From NCBI GenBank assembly GCA_036479435.1, contig JAZGFI010000117.1:30615-94614 (forward strand): a stretch of 64,000 bases of DNA. Direction: 5' to 3'. Both the position numbers and the translations under genes were made by a program. This DNA is from Planctomycetota bacterium. Lineage in GTDB: Bacteria > Planctomycetota > GCA-002687715 > DRQF01. This document shows, piece by piece, positions 58,084 through 64,000 of the stretch. Positions within the stretch are counted from its first letter, which is position 1, and the number at the start of each line of letters is the position of its first letter. A model generated the notes under the pieces. It was not told the origin of the DNA, searched no databases, and was given only the letters and a program-made list of their open reading frames with translations.

Positions 58084-59778
58084 ATGAACAAGATGAGAAG
58101 CCTCATTCCCGTGCTGGCTCTTTTTGCGACCATGGCATGGCTCGCAGTTGAGCAACAAACGGCCCGAAGTAGTTACCTTGTGTTTGGTCAGACTTGGAAC
58201 GGAGCGACCGCCCCCTGGCGCTCCAATACCAACTTCCCCGCCGCCGCCGGTAGCAACGCTGCCGTCCTGACGGCCCTGCAAGGTGGGGCTGACGCCTGGC
58301 ACGATCAGGCCTGCTCGAATTTTGTTTTCAACCATCAAGGTTCGACGACGATTGCCGTGTTCTCTAACGACGGCACGAATGCGGTTTATCACACGGGCGC
58401 GGCCGGAGGCGGAACTCTTGCCGTGACGGTCGTGCGATTCAGCGGGGCCACCCTCGCGAGTTTCGACATGCGTTTTTTCGGTGACGTTAGCTGGTCGGTC
58501 ACTCCCAGCGGAGGCCAGTTCGACATTCAAGGCATCGCGGCCCACGAATTCGGCCACGCCGCCGGCATCGACCACGCAACATGCGACTCGACCGCGACGA
58601 TGAATGCGTCAACGGGACCCGGTGCGAACTCGATATCAAGGCGCAGCCTGAATCAAGTTGATATCGACGCGATTACCTTCCTCTACGGTGTTGATCCTCT
58701 TTGCGGAGCTATGCCCGGCGTTCCGACGCCGAACCCGATGTCGTTCTCCTCCAACCCGCAGATTTTGGTTGGCACTGTGGGTGTCATGACGGCTACGATT
58801 GCAACGGGTCCAGCTCCCGTCGAGTACGAGTTTGAACACAGCGGCACGCACGCCGGCGGTGACAGCAGTTCGTGGCAGGCTGGCGCTACTTATATCGATT
58901 CCGGCTTACAGCCGAATGGTTTCTACAGCTACCGCGTGCGGGCACGAAACGCCTCCTTTACGAGTTTCGTGACGGCCTTCTCGCCGGTCTCGGGCGTTCA
59001 CTTACCGGCCAACGTGGCCGGGGCCCCAACGATCACCGAGGTAACGAGCTCAGGCTGCACCATCGATTCGATCGATGAAAACGGCAACCTCCCGCACACT
59101 CTGTACGCGGTGCGCATCGATGGACAGTTCGTTGATGCTACCGGCGCACTTCAGGGTTTGGAGACTTTCCAAAATGCCGCCGCATGGGCGGGTACCGTGG
59201 TTCAGGGCTTAGACCGTGAGGTCAGCTACAACGTCGATGTGAAGGTTCGCGACTTCTTGGGCGTGGATTTGGCCTACGGACCCGCGGCGAACATCACGAC
59301 GCTCTTGTTGCCTCCCTGCGCCGACGGCACTGTGCCCGATGGCTCTGGTGGCATCCAGGATACTCTGAGCTTCAATGGTTCCTTTGGTGACATCAACCGT
59401 CGCGTCTTTGTGACGCCCGGCACGCCGGTGACCTTTGGAATGGACCAGCCGACGGTCTTCGTAAACCCCGCGAACTGGATTATTTGGGGTCACGTGGGTA
59501 TCCCCGATCCCGGGGAGCAATTCGTTGGATCGGGCACGATCGGAACCTTGTGCTTTTTCCCCTGTGACGCCTTGATGCTGCCGGAGCATTTCACTTTGGC
59601 GAGTACCTACGGTTCGCTCGGCTGCACCTTGTTGTTGCCGGCATCGCCTGCTCCCTATTCGCTGACGATCCCAGGCTTTGTGCAGACCTTGCCCCCGATT
59701 ACCTTGCAGGGAATCGTGGAGGTCTCACCGGGCGTCATCCAAACGACGAACGCGGTAATTTGGTTGAACCAACCTTAG
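58084..59778 (+). CDS. Secreted matrixin (M10)-like zinc metalloprotease with FN3 domains
   Basis: HEFGHAAGIDH, Met-turn ATM, FN3 signature LQPNGFYSYRVRARN. Confidence 0.88.
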   Translation: MNKMRSLIPVLALFATMAWLAVEQQTARSSYLVFGQTWNGATAPWRSNTNFPAAAGSNAAVLTALQGGADAWHDQACSNFVFNHQGSTTIAVFSNDGTNAVYHTGAAGGGTLAVTVVRFSGATLASFDMRFFGDVSWSVTPSGGQFDIQGIAAHEFGHAAGIDHATCDSTATMNASTGPGANSISRRSLNQVDIDAITFLYGVDPLCGAMPGVPTPNPMSFSSNPQILVGTVGVMTATIATGPAPVEYEFEHSGTHAGGDSSSWQAGATYIDSGLQPNGFYSYRVRARNASFTSFVTAFSPVSGVHLPANVAGAPTITEVTSSGCTIDSIDENGNLPHTLYAVRIDGQFVDATGALQGLETFQNAAAWAGTVVQGLDREVSYNVDVKVRDFLGVDLAYGPAANITTLLLPPCADGTVPDGSGGIQDTLSFNGSFGDINRRVFVTPGTPVTFGMDQPTVFVNPANWIIWGHVGIPDPGEQFVGSGTIGTLCFFPCDALMLPEHFTLASTYGSLGCTLLLPASPAPYSLTIPGFVQTLPPITLQGIVEVSPGVIQTTNAVIWLNQP

Positions 59779-59829
59779 TCCGGCCTAGGCTTTTCGATCG
59801 CTAAGTAAATCCGGCAAAAGTCGGAGCGC

Positions 59830-59868
59830 AGCAGCCGTCTTGAACTTGTTCGGGACGGCTGCTTTTTT
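59830..59868 (+). terminator. Intrinsic terminator
   Basis: GCAGCCGTCTTGAAC/GTTCGGGACGGCTGC stem plus T-tract. Confidence 0.8.
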
Positions 59869-59971
59869 CGGCCGCGGCCGATGATGATAGACAAGGATGA
59901 AAGATCGGGTTCAAGACCCTATGGTTAGCCATAGAGTCTGGTCGCGACGCTGATCTGGTTGGAGTATTTAG

Positions 59972-60901
59972 ATGTTTGGACGACGTTCACTGATCCTGGC
60001 CGGAATCTGTGGTCTGCTTTTTTCCTGCCAGTCTCCCTACGCCATCATCGTCGCCGGAGAGGCCGTGCCTTTTGACGGCAAGGTCGTGACGTTTCGAGAT
60101 GCAGCGGGTTATGACGCGAATTTGAAGACCTGTTTTTTTGACCGCGGCCGAATCCTCCCGTCGAATCCGGCGGCCGGTTGTGATGTTGCCCCACGCTTTC
60201 GGGTGAGGCCGGTGGTAGGACTTTCGGCGGAGACGGTCGCTCGCGTCGAAAAAGATGGTTGGGACCGAAAGTCCCTTGGCGAAAAAATTACCCAATTCGT
60301 GGTGCATTACGATGTCTGCGCGACATCCCAACGCTGCTTCAAAGTCCTCCACGACATTAGGGGACTCAGCGTTCACTTTCTGCTCGACATCGACGGCACG
60401 CTGTATCAGACCCTTGACCTGCAAGAGCGTGCGCGGCACGCCGGGCTGGCCAACGATCATTCCATTGGCATCGAGATCGCTCACATCGGAGCCTATCCAC
60501 CTGGCGACGTTAGTTGGGAGTTTTGCTACGGATCGCCGGATAGCACCGGGCGTCGGAGTGTACAGCCGCCTGTCGACTGGGGGGGGCCGGCGGGGCGCTA
60601 TCGCACGGCTCGCGGCGGGCTCTTTGAGGCCCGCATTCACGGCCGTGAGTATGAAATGCCGGACTACAGCGAGGCCCAGTATCGCACGCTTGAGCGGCTT
60701 TTTGACTGGGTCGCCAGGGAGTTCCCGCGGGTGCCAAAGAAGACCCCGTTGACGTCGTCCGGTGATTTTTTGTGGGAGGTCTTGCCGCCCGATGAACTAA
60801 AGACCTTTCGGGGGTTCATCGGCCATCATCACCTGACGAAATCAAAGACCGACCCTGGCCCGGCCTTCGATTGGGCGCGTGTGCTCGCCGATCGACCTTG
60901 A
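59972..60901 (+). CDS. N-acetylmuramoyl-L-alanine amidase (Amidase_2) lipoprotein
   Basis: Lipobox LFSC; VVHY, SVHF, HAG..N..SIGIE and GH...KTDPG motifs. Confidence 0.88.
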   Translation: MFGRRSLILAGICGLLFSCQSPYAIIVAGEAVPFDGKVVTFRDAAGYDANLKTCFFDRGRILPSNPAAGCDVAPRFRVRPVVGLSAETVARVEKDGWDRKSLGEKITQFVVHYDVCATSQRCFKVLHDIRGLSVHFLLDIDGTLYQTLDLQERARHAGLANDHSIGIEIAHIGAYPPGDVSWEFCYGSPDSTGRRSVQPPVDWGGPAGRYRTARGGLFEARIHGREYEMPDYSEAQYRTLERLFDWVAREFPRVPKKTPLTSSGDFLWEVLPPDELKTFRGFIGHHHLTKSKTDPGPAFDWARVLADRP

Positions 60902-60932
60902 GCCAGAGTTCGGTTTTGGTCTTCAGTTTGCC

Positions 60933-62480
60933 TTACTGGATGCGGAATTCGTAACCATCAGATGCGGCTATGAGCCCGTTGTTGGTCTGTGGATTGATGA
61001 CCAATGACTGGGCCATGAGGTAAAAGCCCTCGAAGCCCGGCGGCATGATGAAGCTGAGCCCCTCGCCCAGGGGATTCAGCATCAAGGAGCTGCGGACGAT
61101 GATGGCCCCGAAACCGAATTCGTTGACGTGGACCCCGGGGATGGGGGGGATCGGCGGGAAACCTCGAAAAAAGAGCTGAACGAGGATCAGGGCATCCATG
61201 TTGTCAAAGGTGCCCAAGGGAGAATCCATGAAGAGGCTAACGACGTCGCTCGCTCTTAGAACCTTGACGTAGTTCCCGGCACCGCTGGATGGAGGGGCGT
61301 TCACTCCGGTACCCAAAATGAGGTCTTCATTGGTTCCGGGATAGGGGCGTGTCGGCAGTAGATTCTCTAAGACAGTGACGCGCTGAGTGAAGAAACCTGT
61401 CGTCAAGATCTCCTCGTCGAGGTCGCCGTCCAAATCGACGGAGATCACGTTGAGCGGGTTCGCGCCGGTGTAACGCAACACGTCCGTGTTGAAGTTTCCC
61501 GAACCGTCATTCGTCAAGATGCGCAGGTGCTGACCATTCCAGTTGGTCACCGCGATGTCGACGCCCAAGACATTGTCCGCGTTCGTCATGGCGATACGAA
61601 GCGGAGCTTCACCGACTCCGTAGTGCTGGGGTGCGGTGAAATTGATGGTGCTGTTCGAAAACCGGTTGCGCAATATGCTGATGTCGTTGCTACCGACGTT
61701 GGCGGTGACGATGTCGAGGCGCTGATCGAAATCAACATCTTCGAGGGCGATATCGGTGGGGAAAAAGCCCGTGGCGTAAAAGCCCAGGGGAGTGTAGGCC
61801 GTGATGTCGTTGCGGATGACCATTACGGAGTTGAAAGTCCCCGAGGCGACCACCGCATCGTCATCGCCGTCATTGTCGATGTCGCCAAAAGCGAGGCTAG
61901 TCGGCCCTGAGATGGAGAGGCCGGTGAAGAAAAAGGAGAATCCTCCCGAGCCGTTGTTGATGAGGACCGTCATGGTGCCGATCGTGAAGTTGATGATCGC
62001 CATGTCGAGGTCGCCATCTTGATCGAGATCTTGCAGCGCGAAGTCGACGGGGTCTTGTCCCGAAAGAAAGGGCACGGCGGGGGCGAAGACGCCGAGTCCG
62101 CCGTTCATGAGCACATCAATAGTCGATGCGCCGTTGCACATCACGGCGAGGTCAGGGCTGCCGTTTCCGTCCAAGTCTCCGGAATGGATGGCGAAGGGGC
62201 CGGCGCTCACCGGATAGGTCACGAGCAAGGTCATGTTTCCCTGTCCGTCGTTCTCAAAGACATCGACGCTGTCGTCTCCAGCATTGCAGACTGCGAAATC
62301 GAGGTCACCGTCGGCGTCAAAGTCGCCGGCGGTAATCGCCGTCGGGTTTAGACCCGCGGGGACGAAGTTCGCGGTCGCGTACTGGGAAGACTGAGCTCCC
62401 AAAGCTCCGGCCAGCGAAGTTAGAAAGACCATGAGTCCGAGGATTCTGGTCGAAGAAACGAGTCTTTTTGGTGTCAACAT
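60933..62480 (-). CDS. Secreted FG-GAP/VCBS repeat protein with a conserved C-terminal domain
   Basis: Signal peptide; about 7 DxDxDGDxD repeats. Confidence 0.88.
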   Translation of the reverse strand: MLTPKRLVSSTRILGLMVFLTSLAGALGAQSSQYATANFVPAGLNPTAITAGDFDADGDLDFAVCNAGDDSVDVFENDGQGNMTLLVTYPVSAGPFAIHSGDLDGNGSPDLAVMCNGASTIDVLMNGGLGVFAPAVPFLSGQDPVDFALQDLDQDGDLDMAIINFTIGTMTVLINNGSGGFSFFFTGLSISGPTSLAFGDIDNDGDDDAVVASGTFNSVMVIRNDITAYTPLGFYATGFFPTDIALEDVDFDQRLDIVTANVGSNDISILRNRFSNSTINFTAPQHYGVGEAPLRIAMTNADNVLGVDIAVTNWNGQHLRILTNDGSGNFNTDVLRYTGANPLNVISVDLDGDLDEEILTTGFFTQRVTVLENLLPTRPYPGTNEDLILGTGVNAPPSSGAGNYVKVLRASDVVSLFMDSPLGTFDNMDALILVQLFFRGFPPIPPIPGVHVNEFGFGAIIVRSSLMLNPLGEGLSFIMPPGFEGFYLMAQSLVINPQTNNGLIAASDGYEFRIQ

Positions 62481-62756
62481 GCTGTCACCTTTCCCTCTGC
62501 GGAATGAGCTTTAGGGTCTGTCGGATGGGCCTTGCCCGCGAAGGCAGCTCCTGCCGGATGGCGATGGTCTGGATGCGCTTTCGGGCACATTTCGATCCAC
62601 TATTATCCTGCCGAGTGACCAAGAGAACGCGAAACAAAGTCCATTTTTCGACTTTGGAAGCTCTGATGGCGCCATCCGTCCTCGGGCACGAGTAGGGACG
62701 CCAAGTATGGAATCGTGTTTTTAAGTATCAGGCTAAAGTCTGGGTGAAGACCCGAC

Positions 62757-63719
62757 TTAGAGAGGCTTGGCGGGGGCTAGGTGTTCGCAGCGCAGGGCCA
62801 AGTCGAGGGAGGGGTGCTGGGGCAAAAATGAGAAGTCGATGCGCTCTGACGCCAGCTGAAGTTGGGGCGGTCGATCCGCGAACTGCGGCATGCTTGCCAG
62901 GCTTGCGCCACGAATAACGGACTTAGAGATCGAGAGCGCATCGCACACTGCCAGGCCAAAGGCGAACCGGGTCAGGAATTCCGGGCCGGGAAGGTGGAGA
63001 AGACCCGCGGGGCAATTCGCCCTCGTGACCAGCGAGGCGATAACCTCGATGATGTGAGACGCGCTCGCCGGGCTGCGCCATTCGTCTTCAAAAAGCGAGA
63101 CGGACCGAGAGTCTTCAGACGCTTTCAAGATCATTTCACTCGCGGAGCGATCTCCGCTTGGTGATCGCCCGAACACCAAGGGAAGTCGAATGACCAAGGC
63201 GTTTTCATGCGCATCGAAGACGCGGCGCTCACTATCAAGTTTGCTGACGCCGTAGAGGTTGCGAGGATTCGCCTTCGTTGATTCGAACAACTCTCCGGGT
63301 TTGCCGTCGAAGACCTGATCGCTCGAAAGAAAAGCGAGACGAGCTCCCACGCGAGCCGCGGCGGCGGCAATCTCTCCCGAGGCTTCGGCGTTGACTCTAA
63401 GGGCTCGGTCCGGGTTCAATGCGACTGCCGCTAAGCTTGAGATCGCGGCGGCGTGGATCACGACGTCGGGGGCGAGAGCCTCGATGGTCTTTGCGGCGGC
63501 ACCCGGGGTTTCAAGATCGAAGAGAGTGGGCGTCTTTTCTTGGCTGGAGAAGACTTCGTGCCCTTCGGCTTTTAGCCGGGTGCGGATGCGCGACCCCAAG
63601 AACCCGCCGGCCCCCGTGATCAGCACTGAGACGGGCTTGGCGCCGCTCAGAGTCGCTGACCCCAATCGAAACTGGTTTCGATGTCGATCTGGTCGTGAAG
63701 GCTTTTTGCGACGGGACAA
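62757..63719 (-). CDS. RfbD/RmlD-like SDR oxidoreductase (true start probably downstream of 63719)
   Basis: TGAGGFLG, HAAA, SSDQVFDG and YGVSK motifs. Confidence 0.82.
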   Translation of the reverse strand: MSRRKKPSRPDRHRNQFRLGSATLSGAKPVSVLITGAGGFLGSRIRTRLKAEGHEVFSSQEKTPTLFDLETPGAAAKTIEALAPDVVIHAAAISSLAAVALNPDRALRVNAEASGEIAAAAARVGARLAFLSSDQVFDGKPGELFESTKANPRNLYGVSKLDSERRVFDAHENALVIRLPLVFGRSPSGDRSASEMILKASEDSRSVSLFEDEWRSPASASHIIEVIASLVTRANCPAGLLHLPGPEFLTRFAFGLAVCDALSISKSVIRGASLASMPQFADRPPQLQLASERIDFSFLPQHPSLDLALRCEHLAPAKPL

Positions 63720-64000
63720 GTCTCTGCGGCGCGGATGAGTCCCGATTGGTCCTGTTTCGAGATGAGGGCTTTGACTCGGAATCTGACTTCCAGCCGGCCG
63801 ATGCGTCGTGTTGGTTGGGCGGCCATGTGCTTGGTGACTTGGACGCGCGTACCGCCCAAATCGAGATCATGGTGCTTTGCGTAAATCCCCATGATCGTCA
63901 GCATGCAGCTGCCCAAGGCGGTTGCGACGAGGTCTGTTGGAGAAAACGCGGCCCCTAACCCTTCGTTGTCCACGGGAGCGTCAGTGACGAAGGTCGCTAA
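63647..64000 (-). CDS. OsmC family protein (5' end beyond window)
   Basis: TDAPVDN.G....SPTDL...LGSC and CPVAKSL motifs. Confidence 0.88.
   Translation of the reverse strand, partial: LATFVTDAPVDNEGLGAAFSPTDLVATALGSCMLTIMGIYAKHHDLDLGGTRVQVTKHMAAQPTRRIGRLEVRFRVKALISKQDQSGLIRAAETCPVAKSLHDQIDIETSFDWGQRL

Noticed and set aside
1..64000. CRISPR array, rRNA, transposase or prophage
   Set aside because: No regularly spaced repeats or recognisable motifs were found by inspection.

Overview
A GC-rich bacterial chromosomal segment, probably Planctomycetota (inferred from an ECF sigma/Ser-Thr kinase-FGE pair, a planctomycete-type cytochrome c/LRR protein and FG-GAP exoproteins). Core genes include selA-selD-selC, tRNA-Pro, hemH, dinB, a MoxR/DUF58/transglutaminase triad, a large NAD-glutamate dehydrogenase, xth plus SMUG1, hrpB, an ABC exporter, an MscS/MscK channel, a ROK kinase and sodB. 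The ORF track truncates two UGA-recoded selenoproteins, SelD (GGUAAK) and a SelW/Rdx protein (CSAU), each followed by a SECIS-like hairpin. The most novel feature is a ~5.8 kb cassette between the SMUG1 gene and a decayed copy of its 3' end. It has a sigma70 promoter, a ~350-nt highly structured leader, and an operon encoding a porin, a transglutaminase-like lipoprotein, a Cys/His-rich TusA protein, DsrE and a TusA::MetE-like Zn-thiol alkyltransferase fusion. This is a candidate undescribed sulfur/selenium relay pathway. Other notable items are a C-terminal domain shared by unrelated exoproteins (SPLGTFDN motif), a candidate bacteriocin/immunity pair, a VLRF1 release factor next to dinB, a 44-bp G-U-rich hairpin, and three genes broken by single lesions. 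All calls come from motif recognition by eye; no database search was run.
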